Shown here: positions 1 through 10,585 of the stretch, piece by piece
Layout of the letters: every line of letters starts with the position of its first letter
Position numbering within the stretch: position 1 is the first letter of the stretch
DNA from: an uncultured bacterium
GTDB taxonomy: Bacteria; Verrucomicrobiota; Verrucomicrobiia; Verrucomicrobiales; DEV007
Assembly (NCBI GenBank): GCA_963977015.1
Contig: CAXBMO010000004.1
Coordinates: 96,001 to 160,000 of the forward strand
Length of the DNA: 64,000 nucleotides
Direction of reading: 5' to 3'
Position numbers and translations under genes: made by a program
The notes under the pieces: generated by a model
What the model was told of the DNA's origin: nothing
Seen by the model: the letters and a program-made list of their open reading frames with translations, nothing else
The model's database searches: none

Positions 1-3000
1 CCCATTGCTGATTGATTCGAGGCGAACACTGGGAGATTGGGCGTGACCAATCATCCCACCGGTCATATTTAAATCGTCTCCCGCCGCTACCGAAATATCA
101 CCACTTTGGTAACTCCGAATACCCGCTACGGGGTTATCCAGGAGATTATCGCCGTGGCCAATCTTGGCGTAGGCATCTTCTCCCGATCCATTGGTAAGAT
201 CGATCGACTCACCCACTCGGATATCGATGTCTCCAGACATGTTGATGTTCGGAAACGCGCTGGAATTGTTACCAGCTCCGCCATGACCAATTTGGGCGAA
301 GGAACCTCGTGCGCCGGTCGTCGCGGCCTCATCAAGGCCAGTGGTCGTTGCCGTCACCCGAAAACGGCTAGTGTAATCGGCGGTACCGTCGTTGAACGTC
401 GGGACCGAGGCAAATGTGCTGGTCTCATCATAGTTGTCGTAATCCAAGATATTGGTCAAGGTGCCCAAGTCCCCTGGGGCGGAGGGATCAATAATTCCGA
501 ATCCCACACTGCTGGTCCAGTTGGCTGCACCACCGTCGTTTCGCCCACTTGCACCGGCTCCGCCCCCGCCATTGGCAAAGATGAACTGAATATCGTGCCA
601 CCCATCACCATTGGTCCCCATCCCGAAATCAATGGTCCCAGCTTGAGCTCCAGTGTTCCCGTTGTCGGTTCCAAGGGAGCTGGTGGCATTGCTCCACGTA
701 TTGTTTACAATCAATTCATTGCCATCAACAATCACTCTCGCTCGGTCATCGATGTTCTCGGCAAAACCAAAAAATCCATCGGCATCGTAAAACTGCCCAT
801 GATAGACAATGGTTTCGTTATCCCCCAAGACCGCCCACGGCCCGGTTCCCGAAGCATCACCGGCCAACACATGGCTGACGAGCTCGGTTTGGAAGAGATT
901 CGAAGCACTTGGGGTAAGCGTGTTGCTGTTTGAATAAATTTGCTGAAGAAGCCCCTCCCCGACCAACGACGATATGTCGTTGACGATTTCGTTCCCTCCC
1001 AGGATGAAAAGATTGCCGGCAGTGACCACCTCCACATCACCGCGCAAATTCAAAATCGGACTTGTATCCCGCGTGAGGACATCGCCGATCGCATTTCCCC
1101 CATGCCCGATCATCGCATGGTTACCTGACCCAACATTCCCCTGCATCGTAATGTCGCCGTCGGCCATTACAGTCACGTTCGATGCGGCCGAAGTGGTAAG
1201 CTCCACAGAAGTCCCTTGCGCAAAATGGCCAATTTGCGCGAAATTGCTTCGTCCCGTGGGACTGATGCCACCAAGGACATCAATGGTTCCTCCCGCATCA
1301 ACCGTGATGGATCCATCAACATTGATGGGGGCTGAACTGGGAGACTCGCCAGCGCCATGGCCAATGGCTGCATAGGCAAACGTTCCGTCCCCGCCGGCAA
1401 CAGTTACATTGGAAGCTGCCTCGACCGTGATACTGCCAACGGCGTCAAAACTCGTTCCTGCACCACCGTGTCCAATGGTGGCATAGCGTCGGGATTCACC
1501 GCCGCCTCCGCCATCATCTCCTCCACCGTTCAGAATAATACTCCCGTTGGTTGAGCGCACCACGATATCTGAGGGACTGGCACTGGTACCAAAGGACAGT
1601 CCCGAGACATTGGAAAGGGTGCCACCATGGCCGATCGATGCGTTGGAGTCGTGATTCACGCCACCTGTCAGGGTAATATCGTCCACTGCAGTCACCGTAA
1701 TATTTCCGGTCACCGTTCCTCCTACGCTCGCATCATGAATGGAATGGCCAATCATGGCAAAGGTCCGTTCCCCATTGGTATTGTCGCCTAAAGCACCTCC
1801 TCCGATAAGGGAAATGCTCCCCGTGGAATTGACCACAATATCGCCGGAAAGGTTACTGTCATTGTATTGACCTCCGTGACCAATGATGGCGGGCCGACTG
1901 TTTTCCACTCCTCCCTGCACCGAAATAGTTCCGGAATTGATTTCAATTCTGCCACTGTGATCGCCATCCGAATTATAACCGCCATGGCCGATCTGCGTAA
2001 TCGTGCCTGCTCCCCGATTGGCTCCGTCATTTGCGCCTCCGGAGTTCATTTCAATGCCACCCGAAGCGTTGATTGTTATCGCGCCTGAAAAGTTCCCCTG
2101 TGCGTCAAAACCTCCGTGTCCGACGCGCGCCCCCGAAGAATTTCCACTATCGAGACTGCTGATGGTCAGCAGCGACGTCGTCACATCAATCGCGCCGGAG
2201 TGATTGCCACTCGAATCGTCTCCCCCGTTACCAATTAGGGCAAAGGAGTGGTCGTTTCCACTTCCTCCCGTCACTTCGAGTCTCTGCTCTGCAACGACGG
2301 TGACGTCACCGACCATATTTCCATCAGAGTTAAAGCCGCCGAGACCAATCATGGCGAATGAGTCAGAAGCGGTCCCTCCACTAAGCAGAATCGTCTTGCC
2401 CGTAACCGTAGTGGGGCCGGTGTGATCTCCGTTCACGTCCCATCCGCCGTGTCCGATGTGAGCAAAGCCGTCATTGCCACGTCCGTTCAACTCCACATAG
2501 CCAGCATTGACAACAACCGCACCCGACGCGGTTCCGGTGATCTGCTGACCACCATGACCAATTTGAACGAAGTCTTGGTTGGATGTGCCTGCGTTCAGAA
2601 AAAGGGCTGAGGCATTCACATTAATATCTCCGGTCATGGTCGGAAAATTGACCAAGCGACCGCCATGCCCAATCAGCACATAGCCGTTTCCTCCTCCTCC
2701 GTTGGCCTGCAGAATTCCTTCGGCATTGAACGTAATATCGCCAGAAAGCGGAACTGCTGCCGCAGTGCCTGTCGCATCGGAAGTGTGGGCGCCGTGTCCA
2801 ATCTGAATGTAACGCTCCCCGCTTCCCGTGGAAGTGAGAAACGAGCTCCCCAATAGTTCGATATTGATATCTCCGGTCACGGGGCTGGTTGTGGCGGCAT
2901 CATAATGGGAGGTATTGAATCCAATGTGGACGTGCTCGTCAGTTTCATTGCCGACCCTTGCTATCAGATTCCGGGCAAAGAGGTTGGTCTCGCCACCGGC

Positions 3001-5349
3001 GCTGCCAATCTCGACCTGGAAGTAGAAATCATCCGGATTCAAATTGATGTCCCCGGCGTCACCGTAGGAGCCGTAGGTTCCCGCTCGAAGATCGGCTGCT
3101 GAGATGGCACCGGAAGGAGCAAGCGCATGGGAAGAGGTCTGGTCGACCACGTTGCTGGGATCTGCGTTGGCAACCAGGTTGGGACCGAACAGGGAAACGC
3201 CTCCTCCGTCCCATCCCGCCACGAGATTGATATTGCCGCTTCCATGATTGACAATCTGCGTCGCTCCGCGGTCGCTGGCATTAAAAGCGACGTTGATATC
3301 TTCGTGAGCAAAAAACGACAAGGAGTTGGAGTTGTTCCCGATGATTTGAACGTCCGATTCAATGTCAATCTTACCGACGCCACTGCCAACGCCCGAGGTG
3401 TGCACGACAACGTTTCCGGAATTCCACGCGGCAATCAGTGCATCGGCGTCAATCACGCCCGCCCCCAACCCGGGCTCCTGAGCAGATCCGGCAGCAGCAT
3501 TTCCATCACCAACCGTTGAACCATCCGAGTTCACCTGCCCGATGGTAACATCAACCGGATCCAGCAGCAGGAAACCGTTCTCTCCCGTTCCTCCAGACAA
3601 ATCCACGCTTCCTGAATAGGTCAGCGTTTCCAGTCCGGAAACTTCCACCACACCGCCATTGCCAACTCCGGCAACACTGGCAAAGCCCCGGAAATCCGTT
3701 TCTCCATCCGACCAGACTGCAATCTGGCCTCCGTTACCCGATTGGGTCGCATCTGCCCGAATCACGGCTCCGGCGGCAACATTGGTCTTCGATGAGTTTC
3801 GCAGACTCACAACCCGCCCCTGAAATCCGCCACCAATATTGATGTTTCCGCCTCCCGTTGCACCGCTCGCATCAACCACGGCCATGGGCCCCACATTCAC
3901 TTCGTCACCGGTCACATTGACCGTTCCGCCAATCCCGCCATTCCCGGTCGCACTGACATTCCCGGCCACCGTCATTCCATCGACGGCATGAAGTTCCACC
4001 GTGCCCCCGGCAGCGCCTCCGTTGGCTTGGATGATCCCCGTCTGACCAATCAGCACATTCTGGCCCGACAAATCCACCAAGCCGCCATTTCCAACTCTAC
4101 CATTGGCCAACAACAGACCATCCGCCTGGACCCTTCCATTGCTTTGCACTCCAATTGTCCCCCCTTCGACTTCGCCCTCAGCTCCCAACGTGCTGTTTGG
4201 GTAAAAAACAACCTCTCCCGCCGTCACCGCCACATTTCCTCCGTTTCCAACCTCACCTCTTGCCGTGACGCTTGCACCAGTCATCACTTCGACTCGCCCC
4301 ACATCAGAGGCGACACCGACCTGAATTTGCCCACCTTCGGTTCCGTTTGCCATGACGCTTGCTCCGGTATCTACCCGCACCGAAGAAGCGGCCAATCCAA
4401 CGGACCCTCCAATATTGCCGCTACCCGACGCATTCAAAATTCCGCCGACATGGATCTCCCCCATTCCCGCGTGAATTTCGATTCCGCCGCCGCTTCCATC
4501 CGCGTTGCGGGCCGAAATTTCTCCGGTATTCGAAACATTGCCATTGGCGGCACTCAGCACCACGCGGCCTCCATCCACACCTGCTCCGGAGACTCGAACC
4601 ACACCCGTGTTATTGATCGCGAGAGCTCCGACGTTACCGTGAGCCTTCAACTCCGCCATCGCGGAACGAATCTCTCCCGTATTCGTGACTGAACCTTCTC
4701 CCGCGCTGACAAACACTCGTTCACTTCCCAACGCCTTGAGCAGAACCCGGTTCCCCGCAGCCAATCCAACGGTTCCGTCGACCGCACCAATCGCACCATG
4801 GTTGGCGACGCTTCTTCCCACCAGAAAGACATCACCACCAACGGCATTGATCGTGCCGAAGTTGACAGTATCTCCGAGTCCGCCCCCTGAAAGCTCGATA
4901 TCCCCACCCGACATAAACGCCTCATTGCTGACATCCAAGGTCGAACCCACCAAACCAAACACATCGACGGTCGATCCAGCGCCAAACAACACGCCGTTCT
5001 GGTTGATCAGCCAGACATTTCCGTTTGCTCGAAGGGCACCATTGATCTGGGAAGGCGATCCGCCCGTTACCCGGTTGAGGATCGCGGCCTGCGTGCCGGG
5101 CTGAAAAAATTGGGTGAGTTCACCGCTATCGATCGAGAAGTTCTGCCACTCGATAATCGCCCGATCCGAAAACTGGTCGATGTTCAGCGTTCCACCAGTC
5201 GCCTCGTGAATCGTCACATCTCCCGTAATAACCTCACCTCCAAAGGGATTGGCATAAATTGGAACGGAAAAAAGAGGCATCGACACCACCAATATCGCAC
5301 TGGTCAGGTGCTTGGCCCATCGAGGGAAATGGAGAGGTTTTGGTTTCAA
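1..5349 (-). CDS. Filamentous-haemagglutinin-family two-partner-secretion exoprotein (TpsA), 5' part only, >1780 aa, runs off the window
   Basis: Manual translation from TTG at 5349 gives MKPKPLHFPRWAKHLTSAILVVSMPLFSVPIYA|NPFGGEV...AIIEWQNFSIDSGELTQFFQPGTQAAILNRVTGGSPSQINGALRANGNVWLINQNGVLFG: a signal peptide plus TPS domain. The same frame reads as protein at position 1, and the ORF track lists no stop-terminated ORF in this frame. Gly/Thr/Asn-rich with recurring IGHGG motifs. Confidence 0.9.
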   Translation of the reverse strand, partial: MKPKPLHFPRWAKHLTSAILVVSMPLFSVPIYANPFGGEVITGDVTIHEATGGTLNIDQFSDRAIIEWQNFSIDSGELTQFFQPGTQAAILNRVTGGSPSQINGALRANGNVWLINQNGVLFGAGSTVDVFGLVGSTLDVSNEAFMSGGDIELSGGGLGDTVNFGTINAVGGDVFLVGRSVANHGAIGAVDGTVGLAAGNRVLLKALGSERVFVSAGEGSVTNTGEIRSAMAELKAHGNVGALAINNTGVVRVSGAGVDGGRVVLSAANGNVSNTGEISARNADGSGGGIEIHAGMGEIHVGGILNASGSGNIGGSVGLAASSVRVDTGASVMANGTEGGQIQVGVASDVGRVEVMTGASVTARGEVGNGGNVAVTAGEVVFYPNSTLGAEGEVEGGTIGVQSNGRVQADGLLLANGRVGNGGLVDLSGQNVLIGQTGIIQANGGAAGGTVELHAVDGMTVAGNVSATGNGGIGGTVNVTGDEVNVGPMAVVDASGATGGGNINIGGGFQGRVVSLRNSSKTNVAAGAVIRADATQSGNGGQIAVWSDGETDFRGFASVAGVGNGGVVEVSGLETLTYSGSVDLSGGTGENGFLLLDPVDVTIGQVNSDGSTVGDGNAAAGSAQEPGLGAGVIDADALIAAWNSGNVVVHTSGVGSGVGKIDIESDVQIIGNNSNSLSFFAHEDINVAFNASDRGATQIVNHGSGNINLVAGWDGGGVSLFGPNLVANADPSNVVDQTSSHALAPSGAISAADLRAGTYGSYGDAGDINLNPDDFYFQVEIGSAGGETNLFARNLIARVGNETDEHVHIGFNTSHYDAATTSPVTGDINIELLGSSFLTSTGSGERYIQIGHGAHTSDATGTAAAVPLSGDITFNAEGILQANGGGGNGYVLIGHGGRLVNFPTMTGDINVNASALFLNAGTSNQDFVQIGHGGQQITGTASGAVVVNAGYVELNGRGNDGFAHIGHGGWDVNGDHTGPTTVTGKTILLSGGTASDSFAMIGLGGFNSDGNMVGDVTVVAEQRLEVTGGSGNDHSFALIGNGGDDSSGNHSGAIDVTTSLLTISSLDSGNSSGARVGHGGFDAQGNFSGAITINASGGIEMNSGGANDGANRGAGTITQIGHGGYNSDGDHSGRIEINSGTISVQGGVENSRPAIIGHGGQYNDSNLSGDIVVNSTGSISLIGGGALGDNTNGERTFAMIGHSIHDASVGGTVTGNITVTAVDDITLTGGVNHDSNASIGHGGTLSNVSGLSFGTSASPSDIVVRSTNGSIILNGGGDDGGGGGESRRYATIGHGGAGTSFDAVGSITVEAASNVTVAGGDGTFAYAAIGHGAGESPSSAPINVDGSITVDAGGTIDVLGGISPTGRSNFAQIGHFAQGTSVELTTSAASNVTVMADGDITMQGNVGSGNHAMIGHGGNAIGDVLTRDTSPILNLRGDVEVVTAGNLFILGGNEIVNDISSLVGEGLLQQIYSNSNTLTPSASNLFQTELVSHVLAGDASGTGPWAVLGDNETIVYHGQFYDADGFFGFAENIDDRARVIVDGNELIVNNTWSNATSSLGTDNGNTGAQAGTIDFGMGTNGDGWHDIQFIFANGGGGAGASGRNDGGAANWTSSVGFGIIDPSAPGDLGTLTNILDYDNYDETSTFASVPTFNDGTADYTSRFRVTATTTGLDEAATTGARGSFAQIGHGGAGNNSSAFPNINMSGDIDIRVGESIDLTNGSGEDAYAKIGHGDNLLDNPVAGIRSYQSGDISVAAGDDLNMTGGMIGHAQSPSVRLESISNG

Positions 5350-5372
5350 AATGTTGGGTTTCAGAATTGCGG

Positions 5373-6278
5373 TTAATAGGTATTAGCCTGAACTGCCGAA
5401 GTGTGACTCGAATTCTCATTTCGCACTTCAGTCTTTTCAAGAAGTTCGATTACGGCATCCATCGGGGTGACCACCGAGTAGCCTGAATTTGCGACATCCT
5501 GATTCACGGATCGATTTTGAGAATCTATCCAGTTCTGAGCGACAGGAACGTATTGGCTAACGAGTCCCATCACCGAATAAAGCTCGTTTCCGGACTCATC
5601 TTCCGTTCTCCAGATCACCGGACCTCCACTGTTTCCCCCATCAACGCGGCAATCCAGGATGACGTTGGAGTATTCGGGATGGATTCCCGCGATAATTCCC
5701 TCTCGCAGCAAGGGAAACCTCTGGTCCAACTGGCTACCATCAGGTAAACCCACGGAATTCGGAAATCCACTGACATAGACCCGGGCTCCAAATCGCAGTC
5801 CTTCGAGCCGCGTCAAATTTTTCCAGTCGACCACCGTCAACCGCCCTCCTTCTCGAAGCGTCACCGACGGCAAATAGGTAATCGGACGCTGCTTCTCATT
5901 GCCATTGGCGATTCCAATTCGAAGAATCGCCGCATCCCAGGTTTCGTGAAACCGACATTCCCCCGCCTTGGACAAGGCCTGTAAATCAATCGTCAACTTA
6001 CTCGGCTGAACTCCCCGCTCCTGCAGCCCAAAAGCCGACAACCGCATCGAAGGGGACCAGAATTTACCTTCCCGGTTCAGAACCACGTGCCTCGCGGTAA
6101 CGAGGTAAACAGAATCCGAGTGCAAAACGAAAAAACCAGAGCCCTGACCGCCATCGAAATCCATCTGCACCAGCACCGGGTAGGCCACCGTTTCCGTAGG
6201 CAACCCCGCGTTGCTGGCCCCAGAAAAGCCGAGCATCAGGCACAAAAAAACCGCTGCTCTCGTCAGATTACCGATCAT
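5373..6278 (-). CDS. Secreted trypsin-like (S1) serine protease
   Basis: Signal peptide; GSGF, VTARHVV (His), DAAIL (Asp) and GNSGGP (Ser) motifs. Confidence 0.85.
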   Translation of the reverse strand: MIGNLTRAAVFLCLMLGFSGASNAGLPTETVAYPVLVQMDFDGGQGSGFFVLHSDSVYLVTARHVVLNREGKFWSPSMRLSAFGLQERGVQPSKLTIDLQALSKAGECRFHETWDAAILRIGIANGNEKQRPITYLPSVTLREGGRLTVVDWKNLTRLEGLRFGARVYVSGFPNSVGLPDGSQLDQRFPLLREGIIAGIHPEYSNVILDCRVDGGNSGGPVIWRTEDESGNELYSVMGLVSQYVPVAQNWIDSQNRSVNQDVANSGYSVVTPMDAVIELLEKTEVRNENSSHTSAVQANTY

Positions 6279-6495
6279 TGCGTTTCGTAGTTTATGTTCT
6301 CAGTAGCGACTGAAACTCAGTCCAACCTGTTTTGTTGCGATCCAAGTGAATGTTTCCCTGATTTGCGCCGAAAGGGCAATCAAATTCGGTCAACAAATCA
6401 TCACCTTGCACACAGACACGACTGATACGGCAGCAATGTTACATCTTAAATTGATTTTAACCACCCTATGTAACCAAAAGGCGTAATCTTCACGC

Positions 6496-6876
6496 TCAGC
6501 TTGGCAGTTCCACGATGCACTCAATCTCGACACTGGCGCCGAGAGGAAGTGCCGCGACCTGAATGGTGGAGCGGGCGGGTTTGTGGCTGCCAAACGCGGC
6601 TTCGTAGAGGCCATTCACCGTGGCGAAGTTGCTAAGATCGGTGAGAAAAATGGTCGTTTTGGCGATATTCTCAAAACCTGCGTCAACTGTGGCAAGGAGG
6701 GCGCGGATATTGGTGATGACCTGCTGCGTCTCCGCCTCGATGCCGCCTTCGACGATTTTCATGGTCGCAGGATCAAGCGGGATTTGCCCGGAGCAGAAGA
6801 GGAGATTGCCAACGCGTGCGGCGTGGGAGTAGGGACCGACGGCAGCGGGAGCTTCAGGAGAATTGATGAGAGTCAT
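6496..6876 (-). CDS. ridA: RidA/YjgF family enamine/imine deaminase
   Basis: APAAVGPYSHA, SGQIPLDP and KPARSTIQVAALPLGASVEIE motifs; ATG at 6876 gives the typical ~126 aa length. Confidence 0.9.
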   Translation of the reverse strand: MTLINSPEAPAAVGPYSHAARVGNLLFCSGQIPLDPATMKIVEGGIEAETQQVITNIRALLATVDAGFENIAKTTIFLTDLSNFATVNGLYEAAFGSHKPARSTIQVAALPLGASVEIECIVELPS

Positions 6877-6996
6877 GGCGACGAAAGAATCACGAAAGTC
6901 GCGAATGGCGAATGGTTTCCGCAGTGGAAAGCCGATAAATTGCCTCAATCACAGTCTCTGCTTGAGTCCGAATTGTCGCGATGAGAATCTCACCCC

Positions 6997-8766
6997 ATGA
7001 ACCCCGTCACCATCTGCTATTTCGCCGGGTTCCTGCTCCTGACGACTCCCCTCGCCTTCCCGGCAGACGAGCGACGACCCAATTTGGTGATTTTCCTGGC
7101 CGATGACCAGGGTTGGGGAGATCTAAGTACTCAAGGTAACACCAATCTGGCGACCCCCAACATCGATTCGTTGGCGAGAGATGGGGCGATTCTGGAAAAC
7201 TTCTATGTTTGCGCGGTTTGCGCTCCAACCCGGGCTGAATTCCTGACCGGACGCTACCACTTCCGGACTGGAGTCAGCGGTGTGAGCGAGGGTACGGGGC
7301 GGTTGAATCCGGACGAAACCACGTTGGCAAACCTGTTCCGCGCGGCGGGCTATGCGACCGGTGCGTTTGGCAAATGGCACAATGGGACGCAATCCCCCTA
7401 TCATCCGCTCGACCGTGGATTTGATGAGTTCTATGGATTCACGTCGGGGCATTGGGGGCACTACTTCAGCCCACCGCTGGATCACAACCGGACACAGGTG
7501 AAAGGCAACGGATATCTAACGGACGACCTCACAGATCACGCACTTCGCTTCATCGAGGAAAATCACGCCGCGCCCTTCCTGTGCTACGTCCCGTTCAACA
7601 CGCCACATTCTCCCTTTTACGTCGATGACGATTTTTACGAAAAGTTCGAGAATCTTGATCCGGCGATGCGAAATCGTGATCCGGAAAAGGAGGACCTGCC
7701 AGCGACCCGCGCCGCGTTGGCGATGGTTGAGAACATCGATTGGAATGTCGGTCGCATCCTGGCCAAACTGGACGCGCTCGAATTGCGCGAAGAAACCATC
7801 GTCGTTTACTTTTCGGACAACGGACCCAACTCCTTCCGCTGGAACGGGGGCATGAAGGGAAAAAAGGGATCTGTCGATGAGGGAGGCCTCCGGTCACCGT
7901 TCCTCATCCGTTGGCCCGGCCAGATCGCGGCAGGGCAGACCATCACGGAGGTGGCGGGCGCCATTGATTTGCTGCCCACATTGACGGAGTTGGCCGGGGT
8001 GCCCGCGAAAACGGAGAAGCCGATCGACGGTCGCAGCTTTGCCGGATTGCTGCGGGGAGATTTCGACTTTGATTGGCCGGATCGCCAACTCTTCAGCATC
8101 TGGGGCAAGCGGAGAACCACGGTCCGCACCGCTCGGTTTCGGCTCGATGAAAAGGGCGCGTTGTTCGACATTGAGGCCGACCGGGGTCAGCACCGGAATG
8201 TTGCGGACCAGTATCCCGATATCGCGGCAAAGTTGCGCGAGGCCGCCGCTGAGCATCGCAGGGAAGCCGACCGCCAATTTGCCGCCAACGCAGATCGACC
8301 GTTTACGGTTGGCTACGCGGAGTCCACGACGTTGCCGGCTCGCGACGGAGTTCCCCACGGCACGATTCGCCGCAGCTCCAAAGCGCCGAACAATTCCTTC
8401 TTCAAAAACTGGACCCGCGAAGACGACTCGATCACCTGGGACATCGAGGTTGGAACGGCGGGCAACTACCGGGCAACCGTCTTCCAAACCTGTCCCGAGC
8501 CGAACGTCGGTTCCACGATTCGCCTGGCCTGGGGCCAATCCGCCACGGAAACAACCGTCCTCGAAGCCTTCGATCCGCCCTTGTGGGACAAATCCAAGGA
8601 ACGCGTCGCCGAATCGCATTACTTCGTGAAAGACTTCAAACCGCTTGATTTGGGCATCCTCACCCTGGGCGAGGGACGCGATCTCCTGACGTTGACCGCT
8701 CCCAAGTTGGTCAACGGTCACGGAATTGACGTCTACTCGATCGTTCTCGACCGCATCGAAGACTGA
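6997..8766 (+). CDS. Arylsulfatase (S1 formylglycine sulfatase) with C-terminal extension
   Basis: Signal peptide, PNLVIFLADDQG, CAPTRA (CxPxR), GKWH, SDNG. Confidence 0.92.
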   Translation: MNPVTICYFAGFLLLTTPLAFPADERRPNLVIFLADDQGWGDLSTQGNTNLATPNIDSLARDGAILENFYVCAVCAPTRAEFLTGRYHFRTGVSGVSEGTGRLNPDETTLANLFRAAGYATGAFGKWHNGTQSPYHPLDRGFDEFYGFTSGHWGHYFSPPLDHNRTQVKGNGYLTDDLTDHALRFIEENHAAPFLCYVPFNTPHSPFYVDDDFYEKFENLDPAMRNRDPEKEDLPATRAALAMVENIDWNVGRILAKLDALELREETIVVYFSDNGPNSFRWNGGMKGKKGSVDEGGLRSPFLIRWPGQIAAGQTITEVAGAIDLLPTLTELAGVPAKTEKPIDGRSFAGLLRGDFDFDWPDRQLFSIWGKRRTTVRTARFRLDEKGALFDIEADRGQHRNVADQYPDIAAKLREAAAEHRREADRQFAANADRPFTVGYAESTTLPARDGVPHGTIRRSSKAPNNSFFKNWTREDDSITWDIEVGTAGNYRATVFQTCPEPNVGSTIRLAWGQSATETTVLEAFDPPLWDKSKERVAESHYFVKDFKPLDLGILTLGEGRDLLTLTAPKLVNGHGIDVYSIVLDRIED

Positions 8767-8778
8767 CCAGTTTCCTGA

Positions 8779-10530
8779 TTATTTCAACGTCACCTGATAG
8801 ACCTTCGGACCATCCGTTTCGCCATCGACTTGAGCGGTGAATTTTCCTAACCCGGTTGCTGGAAATTCCACTTCGCCAATCGCAGCCGAATCAACTCCCC
8901 GCGGCAGACTCACATCCTGCTCCCAACGGGCATCCCCAACCGACAGTCTCAGCTTCACCGTCGTCGCAGCAGGCACTTCTCCATTCAGTCGAACATGGAC
9001 GGTGTAACTGCCTTTGCGCGCAAGATCGACCGTCCAATGGCCGCCAGTCCACCACCCTTGTGAGTCGGGCCCTTCGATGCGCTTGTCCTGAGGCGTTAAA
9101 ACGACGGTTGGTTGTTTGTCCGACCCGATGACGATTGGCGTCATCCCGAAATTGGGGGAACGGGTATTGCAGACGTCGTCAAACCAAGCGTCGTATTCCG
9201 CTTTGAGCTGCGCCACCAGATCCGGTTTCTCGGCGGAGAGATCGTTCGTCTCGCCAATATCATCGCGCAGATTGTAGAGCTCAAAAACCGGTTCTCCCTC
9301 AAACTGATGAGAGCTGATTTTGCTGCGATGAAGCAACTTCCATTCACCCTGCGGATCGATCGCCGCAAAGTGATGATACCGCTGCGGCTCGTTTCCGCGA
9401 TGCCATTGAAAAAAGAGATGCCGGTCTTCCCAGCCCAGTATCTTGGCCACCCCTTTTTCTGGAATCAATGGGCGCAAGCTCCGGCCGTCCAGCTTCACGT
9501 TTGCTGGCTGGGATACGCCGCAAAAGTCGAGAATGGTGGGCATCAGATCCATGTGCGCCGTGGTGAATTGGACGGACGATCCCGCTTCAATCACGCCGGG
9601 CCAGCGGACAAAACACACCGTGCGAATCCCGCCCTGATAAATCTGCCCTTTGGCTCCGCGAAACGGGCCCGCCGAGCCGCCCCCGGCTGGACCATTGTCG
9701 GTCAGGAAAATCACGATCGTGTTGTTCTCAATCTTCAGCTCCTCAAGCTTCTCATACAATCGCCCCATGTTGTCATCGATGTTCCTGATCATGGAATAGA
9801 ACCCGGCACGGGTGGGCCGTTTATCGTTGGGCATCTTCGCCTGAAAATGCTCGAACAACTCGCGGGTCGGGGGCTCGTCGAACGGCCCATGCGGAGCGTT
9901 CGTCGCGATGTAGGTGAAGAAGGGCTTCCCGGCTTTCGCCTGCGTTTCAATGTACTTGGCCGCTTCGTCAAAAAAGATGTCGGTGCAGTATCCCTCATAC
10001 CGAACCGGCTCACCATTGTGGAAAAGAATGGGATCGTGATACCGCTCACCTTCCGGTGGATTGGACGGCTGGCGCAACCCGCCGCCCTGATGCACAAGCG
10101 ATTCCTGAAAGCCCTGATCGATCGATCGAATCGGATAATAATCGCCCAGATGCCACTTCCCAAAAATTCCCGTGGAATAACCCGATTCGCTGAGCACCTC
10201 AGCCAGGGTCACCTCGTCCGGCTCAATGTTCGCCCGGCCAAGGTACGTATCGATCGCCCTCGTCCGAAAGCCATAACGCCCCGTCATGAGATGCGCGCGG
10301 GTCGGGGTACAAACCGGGCTGACGTAAAACTCCTTCAGCCAAGCCCCTTCTTTGGCGAGACGATCCATATTCGGCGTCTCGACGATCGAGTTTCCCGTAA
10401 TGCTGAGATCGCCATAGCCCTGATCATCCGTCATGATCAGGATCACGTTTGGAGTTGGCGCGGCAACAAGGGCCGTCACATGGCCCAACAACAAGGTCAG
10501 GACACCGACAAGGAAAACATGGGGGTTCAT
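8779..10530 (-). CDS. Arylsulfatase (S1)
   Basis: PNVILIMTDDQG, CTPTRA, GKWHLG, TDNG; ATG at 10530 precedes the signal peptide. Confidence 0.92.
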   Translation of the reverse strand: MNPHVFLVGVLTLLLGHVTALVAAPTPNVILIMTDDQGYGDLSITGNSIVETPNMDRLAKEGAWLKEFYVSPVCTPTRAHLMTGRYGFRTRAIDTYLGRANIEPDEVTLAEVLSESGYSTGIFGKWHLGDYYPIRSIDQGFQESLVHQGGGLRQPSNPPEGERYHDPILFHNGEPVRYEGYCTDIFFDEAAKYIETQAKAGKPFFTYIATNAPHGPFDEPPTRELFEHFQAKMPNDKRPTRAGFYSMIRNIDDNMGRLYEKLEELKIENNTIVIFLTDNGPAGGGSAGPFRGAKGQIYQGGIRTVCFVRWPGVIEAGSSVQFTTAHMDLMPTILDFCGVSQPANVKLDGRSLRPLIPEKGVAKILGWEDRHLFFQWHRGNEPQRYHHFAAIDPQGEWKLLHRSKISSHQFEGEPVFELYNLRDDIGETNDLSAEKPDLVAQLKAEYDAWFDDVCNTRSPNFGMTPIVIGSDKQPTVVLTPQDKRIEGPDSQGWWTGGHWTVDLARKGSYTVHVRLNGEVPAATTVKLRLSVGDARWEQDVSLPRGVDSAAIGEVEFPATGLGKFTAQVDGETDGPKVYQVTLK

Positions 10531-10585
10531 GGCCGCTACGTAACCGCAGAACCTCCGAGCGTCCACGCGAAAACCTTTGCGAGCC

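Noticed and set aside
106-5104. Many + strand ORFs (e.g. 106-933, 3988-4692)
   Set aside because: Antisense shadows of the TpsA gene; no motifs of their own.
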